Assembly: GCF_009914755.1 (NCBI RefSeq)
Contig: NC_060927.1
DNA: 64,000 nt
Origin: the human T2T-CHM13v2.0 reference genome, Homo sapiens
Reading direction: 5' to 3' (one strand)
Under the pieces are notes generated by a model, which made no database searches, was not told where the DNA came from, and saw only the letters and a list, made by a program, of their open reading frames with translations. The position numbers and the translations under genes are program-made. Within the stretch, counting starts at the first letter, position 1. Every line of letters begins with the position of its first letter. Shown here one piece after another: positions 42,359 to 56,313 of this stretch.

Positions 42359-44049
42359 GATTCAATGCACTCTAAATATCCATTTACAGATGCTACGACA
42401 GGAGTGTCTGAAATCTGCTCTATGAAAAGGTGTGTTCAACTCTTTGAGTTGAATGCAAACATCACAAAGATGTTTCTGAGAATGCTTCTGTCTAGTTTCT
42501 ATGTGAAGATATTTTATTTTCCACCAGAGGCCTCAAAGCTCTCCAAATGTCCACTCGCAGATTTTACAAAAAGAGTGTTTCAAAACTGTTCAATAAAAAG
42601 ACAGTTTCAAATCTTTGAGTTGAATGCACACATCAAAAAGAAATTTCTGAGAATGCTTCTGTCTAGTTTTTACGTGAAGATATTAACGTTTCCAACGAAG
42701 TCCTCAAAGCAGTCCAAATATCCACTTGCAGATTCAAAGATAACAGTGACTCAAAACTGCTCTATGAAAACGTACATTCAACTCAGAGAGTTGAATGCAA
42801 ACATCACAAAGAAGTTTCTGAGAATGCTTCTGTCTAGTTTTTATGTGAAGATATTCCCTTTTCCACTGTAGACCTCAAAGCTCTCCAAATGTCCAATTGC
42901 AGATTCTACAAAAAGAGTGTCTCAAAACTGCTCTATCAAAAGAAAAGTTCAAATCTGTGAATTGAATGCACACATCACAAAGACGTTTCTGAGAATGCTT
43001 CTGTCTAGTTTTTATGTGAAGATATTCCCGTTTACAAAGAAGGCCTAAGAGCACTCCAAATATCCACTAGCTGATTCTACGAAAAGAGTGTTTCGAAACT
43101 AGTCTATGAAAAGGTATGTTCAACTCTGTGAGTTGAATGCAAACATCACAAAGAAGTTTCTGTGAATGCTTCTGTCTAGTTTCTATGTGAAGATATTTCC
43201 TTTTCCACCGTAGCCCTCAAAGCTCTCCAAATGTCCACTTGCAGTTTCCACAAAAAGAGTGTATCAAAACTGCTCTATCAAAATAAAGGTTCAAATCTGT
43301 GAGTTGAATGCACACATCACAAAGAAGTTTCTGAGAATGCTTCTGTCTAGTTTTTATGTGGAGATATTCCGGTTTCCAACGAAGTCCTTCTAAGAATTTC
43401 CAATATCAATCTGCAGATTCTATGAAAAGAGTTTTTCAAAACTGCTCTATGAAAAGGTACGTTCAAATCTGTGAGTTGAATGCAAGCATCACAAAGAAGC
43501 TTCTCAGAATGCTTCTCTCTAGTTTTTATGTGAAGATAATTCCTTTTCCACTGTAGGCCTCAAAGCTGTCCAAATGTCCACTTGCAGATACTACAAAATA
43601 ATATTTCAAAACTACTCTATCAAAACCATGTTTCACATCTGTAAGTTGAATGCACACATCACAAAAAAGTTTCTGAGAATGCTTGACTACTTTTTATGTG
43701 TTGATATTCCTGTTTCCAACGAAGGCCTCAAAGCAGACCAAATATCCACTTACAGATTCTATAAAAAGAGTGTTTAAAAACTGCTATATGAAAAGGTATG
43801 TTCAACTCTGTGAGTTGAATGCAAACATCAGAAAGTAGTTTCTGAGAATACTTCTGTCTATTTTCTGTGTGAAGATATTTCCTTTTACACCATAGGCCTC
43901 AAAGCTCTCCAAAGGTCGACTTGCAGATTCTACAAAAAGAGTGTTTCAAAACTTCTCTATCAAAAGAAAGGTTCAACTCTGTGAGTTGAATGCACACATC
44001 ACAAAGAAGTTTCTGAGAATGGTTCTATCTAGTTTTCATGTGACGATAT

Positions 44050-44066
44050 ACCCGTTTCCAACGAAT
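44050..44066 (-). promoter_or_regulatory. CENP-B box (9 essential bases intact)
   Basis: acccgtttccaacgaat. Confidence 0.8.
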
Positions 44067-44389
44067 TCCTCAAAGCAGTCCAAATATCCACTAGCAGATT
44101 CTACGAAAAGAGTGTTTCAAAACTGCTCTATGAAAAGGTGTGTTTAACTCTGTGCGTGGAATGCAAACATCACAAAGAATTTTCTGAGAATGCTTCTGTC
44201 TAGTTTTTATGTGAAGATATTTCCTTTTCCACCATAGGCCTCAAAGCTCTCCAAAAGTCCAATTCAGTTTCTACAAAAAGAGTGCTTCAAAACTGCTCTA
44301 TAAAAACAAAGTTTCAAAACTGTGAGTTGAATGCACACATCACAAAAAGTTTCTGAGAATGCTTCTGTCTAGTTTTTACGTGGAGATAT

Positions 44390-44406
44390 TCCCGTTTCCA
44401 ACGAAG
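44390..44406 (-). promoter_or_regulatory. CENP-B box (perfect)
   Basis: tcccgtttccaacgaag. Confidence 0.9.
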
Positions 44407-45071
44407 TCCTCAAAGCAATCCAAATATCCACTTGCAGATCCTATGGAGACAGTTTTTCAAAACTGCTCAATGAAAAGGTATGTTCAACTCTGTGAGTTGA
44501 ATTCAAATATCACAAAGAAGCTTCTGAGAATGCTTCTCTCTAGTTTTTAAGTGAAGATATTTCTTTTACCACCATAGGCCTAAACGATCTCCAAATGTCC
44601 ACTTGCAGATACTACAAAAACAGTGTTTACAAACTGCTCCATCAGAAGAAATGTTTAAATCCGTGAATTGAATGCACACATCACAAAGTAGTTTCTGAGA
44701 ATGCTTCTGTCTAGTTTTTATGTGAAGATATTCCCATTTCCAACGAAGGCCTAACAGCAGTCCAGATATCCACTAGCAGATTCTATGAAAAAAGTGTCTC
44801 ATAACTGCTCTATGAAAAGGTATCTTCAACTTTGTGAGTTGAATGCAAACATCATAAAGAAGTTTCTGAGAATGCTTCGGTCTAGTTTTTATGTGAAGAT
44901 ATTTCCTTTTCCACCATAGGCCTCAAAGCTCTCCAAAGGTCCACTTGCAGATTCTACAAAAAGAGTGTTTCAAAACTGCTCTATTAAAAGAAAGGTTCAA
45001 ATCTGTGAGTTGAATGCACGCATCAAAAAGTAGTTTGTGAGAATCCTTGACTACTTTTTATATGGTGATAT

Positions 45072-45088
45072 TCCCGTTTCCAACGAAG
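45072..45088 (-). promoter_or_regulatory. CENP-B box (perfect)
   Basis: tcccgtttccaacgaag. Confidence 0.9.
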
Positions 45089-46400
45089 GCCTCAAAGCAG
45101 TCCAAATAAGCACTTACAGATTCTACGAAAAAAGTGTCTCCAAACAGCTCTATGAAAAGTATGTTCACCTCTGTGTGTTGAATGCAAACATCACAATGAA
45201 CTTTCTGAGAATCCTTCTGTCTAGTTTTATGTGAAGGTATTTCCTTTTCCACAATAGGCCTCAAAGCTCTCCAAATGTCTACTTGCAGATTCTAGAAAAA
45301 GTGTGTTTCAAAACTGCTCTATCAAAAGAAAGGTTCAACTCTGTGAGTTTTATGCACACATCACAAAGTAGTTTATGAGAATGCTTCTGTCAAGTTTTTA
45401 TGTGAAGATATACCCGTTTCCAATGAAGGCCTCAAAACAGTCCAAATATCCACTTGCAGATTCAAAAAAAAGAGTGTTTCAAAACTGCTCTGTGAAAAGG
45501 TATATTCAGCTCGGTGAATTGAATGCAAGCATCACAAAGAAATTTCTGAAAATGCTTCTGTCTGGTATTTATGTGAAGATATTTCCTTTTCCACCATAGG
45601 CCCCAAAAGTCTCCTAATGTCCAATTGCAGATTCTACAAAAAGAGTATTTCAAAATTGCTGTATGAAAAGAAAGGTTCAACCCCATCAGTTGAATGCATA
45701 CATCACAGAGGAGTTTCTGACAAAGTTTCTGTATAGTTTTTATGTGAAGATATTCCGGTTTCCAACGAAGAGTTCAAAGAAGTCCAAATTTGCACTTGCA
45801 GATTCAACGAAAAGAGTGTTTCAAAACTGCTCTATAAAAAGATACGCTCAACTCTGTGAATTGAATGCAAACATCGCAAAGAGTTTTCAGAGAATGTTTC
45901 TGTCTAGGTTTTATGTGAAGATGATACTTCCTTTTCTCCCGTAGGCCGCAAAACACTCCAAATGTCCACTTGCAGATTGTACAAAAAGGGTGTTTGAAAA
46001 CTGCTCTATCAAAAGAAAGGTTCAACTCTGTGAGTTCAATGCACACATCACAAAGAAGTTTCTGAGAATGCTTTTGTTTTTTATCTATTTGAAGATATTA
46101 CCGTTTCCAACAAAGTCCTCAAAAAAGGCCAAATATCTACTAGCAGATTCTACGAAAAGAGTGTTTCAAATCTGCTGTATGAAAAGGTATCTTCAACTCT
46201 GTGAGTTGAATGCAAACATCATAAAGAAGTTTCTGAGAATGCTTCTGTCTAGTTTTTATGTGAAGATATTTTTTTTTCCACCACAGGCCTCAAAGCTCTC
46301 CAAATGTCCACATGCAGATTCTACAAACAAAGTGTTTCAAAACTGCTCTGTAAAAAGAAATGTTCAACTCTCTGAGTTGAAAGCACACATCACAAATTAG

Positions 46401-47660
<1,260 letters not shown>

Positions 47661-47703
47661 ACAATGAGATCACATGGACACAGGAAGGGGAATATCACAC
47701 TCT

Positions 47704-47737
47704 GGGGACTGTGGTGGGGTCGGGGGAGGGGGGAGGG
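47704..47737 (+). other. G-rich polypurine tract of the L1 3'UTR (potential G-quadruplex)
   Basis: ggggactgtggtggggtcgggggaggggggaggg. Confidence 0.75.
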
Positions 47738-47862
47738 ATAGCATTGGGAGATATACCTAATGCTAGATGACACATTAGTGGGTGCAGCGCACCAGCATGG
47801 CACATGTATACATATGTAACTAACCTGCACAATGTGCACATGTACCCTAAAACTTAGAGTAT

Positions 47863-47863
47863 A

Positions 47864-47917
<54 letters not shown>
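47863..47917 (+). terminator. L1 polyadenylation signal and retrotransposed poly(A) tail
   Basis: AATAAA at 47863-47868; 52 uninterrupted A at 47866-47917 (last 3 shared with the TSD). Confidence 0.9.
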
Positions 47918-47919
<2 letters not shown>

Positions 47920-48645
47920 AGTTTCTGAGAATGCTTCTGTCTAGTTTTTATGTGAAGATATTTCCTTTTCCACCGTAGGCCGCAAAGACCTCCAAATGTC
48001 CACTTTCAGATTTTGCAAAATGAGTATTTCATAACTGCTCTATCAAAAGAAAGGTTCAAATCTGTGAATTGAATGCACACATCACAAAGAAGTTTCTGAG
48101 AATGCTTCTGTCTAGTTTTTAGATGAAGATATTCCCTTTTCTAACGAAGGTCTAAGAGCAGTCCAAATATCCCCTAGCAGATTCCACGAAAAGAGTGTTT
48201 AAAAACTGCTCTATGAAAAGCTATGTTCAACTCTGTTAGTTGAATGAAAACATCACAAAGAAGTTTCTGAGAATGCTTCTGTCTAGTTTTTAGATGAAGA
48301 TATTCCCGTTTCTAATGAAGGTCTAAGAGCATTCCAAATATCCACAATTTGGAATAACACGAAAAGAGTGTTTAAAAACTGCTCTATGAAAAGCTATGTT
48401 CAGCTCTCTGAGTTGAATGCAAACATCACAAAGAAGTTTCTGAGAATGCTTCCGTCTAGTTTTTATGGGAAAATATTTTCATTCACACAATAGGCCTAAA
48501 ACCTCTCCAAATTTCCACTTGCAGATTCTGCAAAAAGAGTGTTTCAAAAGTGCTCCAACAAAAGAAAGTTTCAAATCTGTGAGTTGAATGCACATATCAC
48601 AGTGAAGTTTCTGAGAATTCTTGCCTACTTTGTATGTGGTGATAT

Positions 48646-48662
48646 TCCCGTTTCCAACGAAG
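48646..48662 (-). promoter_or_regulatory. CENP-B box (perfect)
   Basis: tcccgtttccaacgaag. Confidence 0.9.
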
Positions 48663-50863
48663 GCCTCAAAGATGTCCAAATATTCACTTACAGATTCTAC
48701 GAAAAGAGTGTTTCAAAACTGCTGTATGAAAAGGTACGTTCAACTCTGTGAGTTGAATGCAAACATCACAGAGAAGTTTCTGGGAATGATTCTGTCTAGT
48801 TTTTATGTTAAGATATTTCCTTTTCCACTGGAGGCCTCAAAGTTCTCCAATTTCCACTTGCAGATTCTACAAAAAGAGTGTTTCAAAGCTGCTATATCAA
48901 AAGAAAGGTTCAAATCTGTGAATTGAATGCAACCATCACAAACAAGTTCCTGAGAATGCGTCTATCTAGTTTTTATGTGAAGATATACCCGTTTCCAATG
49001 AAGGCCACAAAGCAGCCCAAACATGCACTTGCAGATTCTACGAAAAGAGTGTTTCAAAGCTGCTCTATGAAAACGTATGTTAAGCTCTGTGCGTTGAATG
49101 CAAACATCACAAAGAAGTTTCTGAGAATGCTTCCGTCTGGTTTTTATGTGAAGATATTTCTTTTTCCACCATAGGTCTCAAAGCACTCCAAATATTTACT
49201 TGCAGATCCAACGAAAAGAGTGTTTCAAAACTGCTCTATCAAAGCAATGGTTCAAATCTGTCAGTTGAATGCACACATGACAAAGAAGTTTCTGCGAATG
49301 CTTGACTACTTTTTATTTGGTGATATTACCGTTTCCAACGAAAACTTCAAAGCAGTCTAAATAACTACTTACAGATTCTACCAAAAGAGTGTTTCAAAAA
49401 TGCTCTATGAAAAGGTATGTTCAACTCTGTGAGTTGAATGCAAACATCACAAAGAAGTTTCTGGGAATGGTTCTGTCTAGTTTCTATGTGAAGATATATC
49501 CTTTTCCACCATAGGCCTCAAAGTGCTCCAAAGATCAACTTGCAGATTCCACAAAATGAGTGTTTCAAAACGACTCTATCAAAACAAAGGTTTAACTTTG
49601 TGAGTTGAAAGCACACATCTCAAAGAAGTTTCTGAGAATGGTTCTGTCTAGTTTTTATGTGAAGATACTCCCATTTCCAACGAAGGCCTCAAAGCAGTTC
49701 AAATGTCCACTTGCAGATTCAACGAAAAGAGTGTTACAAAACTGCTCTATGACAAGCTATGTGCATCTCTTTGAGTTGAATGCAAACATCACAAAGAAAT
49801 TTCTGAAAATGCTTCTGTCTGGTTTTTATGTGAAGATATTTTCTTTTCCACCATAGGCCTCAAAGCTCTCCAAATATCCACTTGCTGATTCTACAAAAAG
49901 GGTGTTTCAAAACTGCTCTATCAAAAGAAACGTTTAACCCTGTAAGTTAAATGCACACATCACAAAGGAGTTTCTGAGAATGCTTCTGAATATTTTTTAT
50001 GTGAAGATATTCCCGTTTCCAATGAAGGCCTCAAAGCAGTCCAAATATCTACTTGCAGATTTTACGAAAACACTTTTTCAAAACTGCTCTATGAGTAGGT
50101 ACGTTCAACTCTGTGAGTTGAATGCAACCACCAAAAATAAGTTTCTGAGAATGCTTCTGTCTAGTTTTTATGTGAAGATATTTCCCTTTCCGCCATAGGC
50201 CTTAAAGCTCTCCAAATGTCCACTTGCAGATTCTGCAAAAAGAGTGTTTCAAAACTACTCTATCAAAAGAAAGGTTCAAATATCTGAGTTGAATGCACAC
50301 ATTACAAAGTATTTTCCGAGAATTGTTGACTACTTTTTATGTGGTAATATTCCCGTTTCCAAAGAAGGCTTAAGAGCAGTGCAAATATCCACTTACAGAT
50401 ATAAAGAAAAGAGTTTTTCAAAACTGCTCTATGAAAAGGTATGTTCAACTCTGTGTGGTGAATGCACATATCAAAAAGAAGTTTCTCAGAATGTTCCTGT
50501 CTAGTTTTTATGTGAAGATATTTCCGTTTCAAACAAAGGCCTCAAAGCAGTCCAAATACACACTTGCAGATTCTATGAAAAGAGTGTTTCAAATCCGCTC
50601 TATGAAAAGGTATCTGCAACCCTGTGAGTTCAATGCAAACAAAACAAAGAAATTTCTGAAAATGCTTCTGTCTGGTTTTTATGTGAAGGTATTTCCTTTT
50701 GTAACGTAGGCCTCAAGGCTCTCCAAATGTCCACTTGCAGATTCTACAAAAACAGTGTTTCAAAACTGCTGAATCAAAAGAAAGATTCAACCCTGTCAGT
50801 TGAGTGCACACATCACAAAGTAGTTTCTGAGTATGGTTCCGTGTAGTTTTCATGTGAAGTTAT

Positions 50864-50880
50864 ACCCGTTTCCAACGAAG
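50864..50880 (-). promoter_or_regulatory. CENP-B box (9 essential bases intact)
   Basis: acccgtttccaacgaag. Confidence 0.8.
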
Positions 50881-53580
50881 GCTTCAAAGAATTCCAAATA
50901 TCCACTTGCAGATTCTACCAAAAGAGTGGTTCAAAACTGCTCTCTCGAAAGGATGGTTCAACTCTGTAAGTTGAATGCACACATCACCAAGAAGTTTCGG
51001 AAAATTCTTATGTCTAGTTTTATATGAAGAAATCACGTTTCAAACGAGGGCCACAAGGAGGTCCAAATATCCACTGGCGGATTCTACAAAAAGATGGTTC
51101 CAAAACTGCTCTATCAAGAGGAATGTTCAACTCGGTTAGTTGAATGCAAACATCACAAAGTAATTTCTGTGAATACTTCCATCTAGTTTTTATGTGGATA
51201 TATTTCCTTTTTACTATAGGCCTCAAAGTGCTCTAAATACACACTTGGAAATTCTACAAAAGAGTGTTTCAAAACTGCTCTATGAAAACAAAGGTTAAAC
51301 TCTGAGTTGAACACACACATTACAAATTAGTTTCAGAGAAACATTCTGTCAAGTTTTTATATGAAGATATTGCCTTTTCTACATTAGGATTCAAAGCGCC
51401 CTAATTATCCACTTGGAAATTCTACAAAAAGAGTGTTTCAAAACTAGTCTATTGACAGGATCGTTCAACTCTCTCAGTTGAATGCACACACCACAAAGAA
51501 GCTTCTGAGTATTCTTCTGTCTAGGTTTTTTATGAAGAAATACCCAGTCCCAATGAAGGCCTCAAAGAGGTCAAAATATCCACTTGCAGATTCTACAAAA
51601 GGAATGTTACAAAACTGCTCTATCAAAAGGAATGTTCAACTCTGTGAGGTGAATGCAAACATCACAAAGTAGTTTCTGAGAATGCTTCTGTGTAGTTTTT
51701 CTACGAAGATTTTCCTTTTCTACCATAGGCACCAAAGCGCTCTAAATATCCACTTGCAAATTCTACAAAAAGAGTGTTTCAAAAGTGCTCTATCAAAAGG
51801 ATAGTTCAACTCTGTGTTGAGTGCAGACATCACAAGGAAGTTTCTGAGAATACTTCTGTCTACTTTTTATGTGAAGATACTCCCGTTTCCAAAGAAGGCC
51901 TCAAAGTGCTCCAAATATCCACTTTCAGACATTACAAACAGAGTGTTTCAAAACTGCTCTATCAAAAGTAATGTTAAACTCTGTGAGTTGAACGCACACA
52001 TCACAAAGTAGTGTCTCAGAATGATACTGTCTAGTTATTATATGAAGACATTTCCTTTTCTACCATAGGCCTCAAAGTGCTCTAAGTATCCACTTGCAAA
52101 CACTACAAAAAGAGTGTTTCAAAACTGCTGTATCAAAAGAAAAGTTAAATACATTCAGTTGAATGCACACATAACAAAGTAGTTTCTGAGAATGATTCTG
52201 ACTTGTTTTTATATGAAGATATTTCCTTTTCTACAAAAAGATTCAAAGCGCTCTAAATATACATTTGGAAATTCTACAAAAAAAGTGTTTCAAATCTGCT
52301 CTATCAAAAGGAAGATTCAACTCTGTGAGGTGAATGCACACATCACAAAGAAGTTTCTGAGAATGATTCTGTCTAGTTTCCATACGAAGATTTTTTTTTC
52401 TACCATAGGCCTCAAAGTGCTCTAAATATCCACTTGCAAACACTACAAAAAGAGTGTTTCAAAACTGCTCTATCAAAAGGAAGGTTCACCTCTGTGAGTT
52501 GAGTACAGACATCACAATGAAGTTTCTGAGAATACTTCTGTCTACATTTTATGTGAAGATATTCCCGTTTCCAAAGAAAACCTCAAAGCGCTCCAATTAT
52601 CCAGATGCAGACTTTACAAAGAGTGTTTCAAAACTGCTCTATCAAAAGAAAGGTTAAACACTGTGAATTGAACACACACATCACAAAGTAGTTTCTGGGA
52701 ATGATTCTGTCTGGTTTTTATATGAAGATATTTCCTTTTCTACCATATGATTCAAAGTGCTCTAAATATCCACTTGGAAATGCTACAAAAAGTTTGTTTC
52801 AAATCTGCTTTATCAAAAGGAAGGTTTAGCTCTGTGAGGTGAATGCACACATCACAAAGAAGTTTCTGAGAATTCTTCGGTGTAGTTTTATATGAAGAAA
52901 TACCGTTTCCAACTTAGGCCTCAAAGAGGTCCAAATATCCACTTACAGATTCTACAAAAACAGTGTTTCAAAACTGCTCTATCAAGAGGAATGTTAAACT
53001 CCTTGTGTTGAATGCAAAAATCACAAAGTAGTTTCTGAGAATTCTTCTGTCTAGTTTTTATGTGATGATATTTCCTTTTCTACGATGGGCCTCAAAGCGC
53101 TCAAAATGTCCACTTGCAAACTCTACAAAAGAATTTTTCAAAACTACTCTATCAAAAGGAAGGTTCACCTCGGTGAGTTGAGTACAGACATCACAAAAAG
53201 TTTCTGAGAATTCTTCTGTCTACTTTTTAGGTGAAGATATCCCCATTTCCAAAGAAAACATCTAGGTGCTCCAAATATCCAGATGCAGACATTACAAACA
53301 GAATGTTTCAAAACTACTCTATCAGAAGAAAGTGTAAACTCTATGAGTTGAACGCACACATCACAAAGTAGTTTCTGGGAAATATTCTGTCTAGGTTTTA
53401 TATGAAAATATTTCCTTTTCTACCATAGGATTCAAAGCGCTCTAAATATCCACTTGGAAAATCTACAAAAAGAGTGTTTCAAATCTGCTCTATCAAAAGG
53501 AAGGTTCAACTCTGTGAGTTGAATGCACACATCACACAGAAGTTTCGGAGAAATCTTCTGTCTAGTTTTATAAGAAGAAA

Positions 53581-53597
53581 TCCCGTTTCCAACGAAG
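53581..53597 (-). promoter_or_regulatory. CENP-B box (perfect)
   Basis: tcccgtttccaacgaag. Confidence 0.9.
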
Positions 53598-55792
53598 GTC
53601 TCAAAGAGTTTGAAATATCCACTTGCAGATTCTACAAAAAGAGTGTTTCAAAACAGCTCTATCAAGACGAATGTTCAACTCTGTGAGTTGAATGCAAACA
53701 TCACAAAGTAGTTTCTGAGAATGCTTCTGTCTAGATTTTATGTGAAGATATTTCCTTTTTTACCATAGGCCTCAAAGTGCTCTAAATACACACTTGCAAA
53801 TTCTACAAAAAGAGTGTTTGAAAACTGCTCTATCCGAAGAAAGATTAAACTCAGTGAGTTGAATGCACACATCACCAAGTAGTTTCTGAGAAAGATTCTC
53901 TCTAGTTTTTCTATGAAGAAATTTCCATTTATACCATAGGCCTGAAAGCGCCCTAAATATCCAGTAGGAAATTCTACAAAAAGAGTGTTTCAAAACCGCT
54001 CTATTGACAGAATCGTTCAACTCTGTGTGTTGAATGCACACATCTCAAAGAAGCTTCTGAGAATTCTTCTGTCTAGTTTTTTTATGAAGAAATACTCGGT
54101 CCCAATGAAGGCCACAACGAGGTCCTAATATCCACTTGCAGATTCTACAAAAAGAGTGTTAAAAAACTGCTCTATCAAAAGGATTGTTCAACTCTGTGAG
54201 TTGAATGCAAACATCACAAAGTAGTTTCTGAGAATGCTTCTGTGTAGTTTTATACGAAGATACTTCCTTTTCTACCAAGGGCCCCAAATCGTGCTAAATA
54301 TCCACTTGCAAATTCTACAAAAAGAGTGTTTCCAAACTGCTCTATCAAAAGGAAGGTTCAACTGTGTGTTGAGTGCAGATATCACAAGGAAGTTTCTGAG
54401 AATACCTCTGTCTACTTTTTATGTGAAGATACTCCCATTTCCAAAGAAGGCCTCCAAGGGCTCCAAATATCCACTTTCAGACTTCACAAACAGACTGTTT
54501 CCAAACTGCTCTATCAAAAGCTTTGAACGTCACATCACAAGGCAGTTTATCAGAATGATTACGTCTAGTTATTATATGAAGATATTTCCTTTTCTTCCAT
54601 AGGCCTCAAAGCGTTCTAAATATCCACCTGCAAATTCTACAAAAAGATTTTTTCAAAACTGCTCTATCAAAAGAAAAGTCAAATTCGTGAGTTGAATGCA
54701 CACATCACCAAGTAGTTTCTGAGAAAGATTCTGTCTAGTTTTTATATGAAGATATTTCCTTTTCTACCATAGGCATAAAAGCGCCTTAAATAACCACTTG
54801 GAAAATCTACAAAAAGAGTGTTTCAAAACTGCTCTACTGAAAGGAACGTTCAACTCAGTGAGATGAATGCACACATCACAAAGAAGCTTCTGAGAATTCT
54901 TCTGTCAAGTTTTTTTGTGCACAAATACCCGGTCACAACGAAGGCCTCAAAGAGATCCAAATATCCACTTGCAGATTCTGCAAAAAGAGTGTTTCAAAAC
55001 TGCTCTATCAAGAGGAATGTTCAACTCTGTGAGTTGAATGCAAACATCACAAAGTAGTTTCTGAGAATGCTTCTGTCTAGTTTTTATGGGAACATATTTC
55101 CGTTTCTACCATAGGCCTCAATGCGCTCTAAATACACACTTGCAAATTCTACAAAAATAGTGTTTAAAAACTGCTCTGTCAAAAGAAATGTTAAACTCAC
55201 TGAGTTGAATGCACACATCACCAAGTAGTTTCTGAGAATGATTATGTCTAGTTTTTATATGAACATATTTCCTTTTCTACGATAGGCCTAAAATCGCCCT
55301 AAATATCCAATGGAAATTCAACAAAAAGAGTGTTTCAAAACTGCTCTATTGAAAGGAATGTTCAACTCTGTGAGTTGAATGCACAGATAACAAAGAAGCT
55401 TCTGAGAATCCTCCTGTCAAGTTTTTTTATGAAGAAATACCCGGTTCCAACAAAGGCCTCAAAGAGGTCAAAATATCCACTTGCAGATTCTACAAAAAGA
55501 GTGTTACAAAACTTCTTTACCAAATGAATATTCAACTCTCTGAGTTGACTGCAAACATCACAAAGTTGTTTCTGAGAATGCTTCTGTGTAGTTTTTCAAT
55601 GAAAATATTTACTTTCCTACCATAAGCCCCAAAGCGCTCTAAATATCCACTTGCAAATTCTACAAAAAGAGTGTTTCAAAACTGCTCTATCAAAAGGAAG
55701 AGTTGAATTCGGTGAGTTGAATTCAGTGAGTTGAGTGCAGACATCAAAAAGAAGTTTCTGAGAATTCTTCTGTCTAGTTTTATATGAAGAAA

Positions 55793-55809
55793 TCCCGTTT
55801 CCAACGAAG
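55793..55809 (-). promoter_or_regulatory. CENP-B box (perfect)
   Basis: tcccgtttccaacgaag. Confidence 0.9.
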
Positions 55810-56296
55810 GCCTCGAAGAGGTCTAAATATGCACTTGTAGATTCTACAAAAAGAGAGTTTCAAAACTGCTCTATCAAGAGGAATATTCAACTCTGTGAGT
55901 TGAATGAAAACATCACAAAGTAGTTTCTGAGAATTCTTCTGTCTAGTTTTAATGTGAAGATATTTCCTTTCCTATGATAGGCCTCAAAGGGCACTAAATA
56001 CACATTTGCAAATTCTACAAAAAGAGTGTTTTATAACCTATCAAAAGAAAAGTTAAACACAGTGAGTTGAATGCACACATCACCAGGTAGTTTCTGAGAA
56101 TGACTCTGTTTAGATTTATATGAAGTTATTTTTTTCTACCACAGGATTCAAAGTGCTCTAAATATCCACTTGGAAATTCTACACAAAGAGTGTTTCAAAA
56201 CTGCTTTATCAAAAGGAAGTTTCAACTCTGTGAGTGGAAAGCACACATCACAAAGAAGTTTCTGAGAATAATTCTGTCTAGTTTTAAATTAAGAAA

Positions 56297-56313
56297 TCCC
56301 GTTTCCAACGAAG
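56297..56313 (-). promoter_or_regulatory. CENP-B box (perfect)
   Basis: tcccgtttccaacgaag. Confidence 0.9.
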
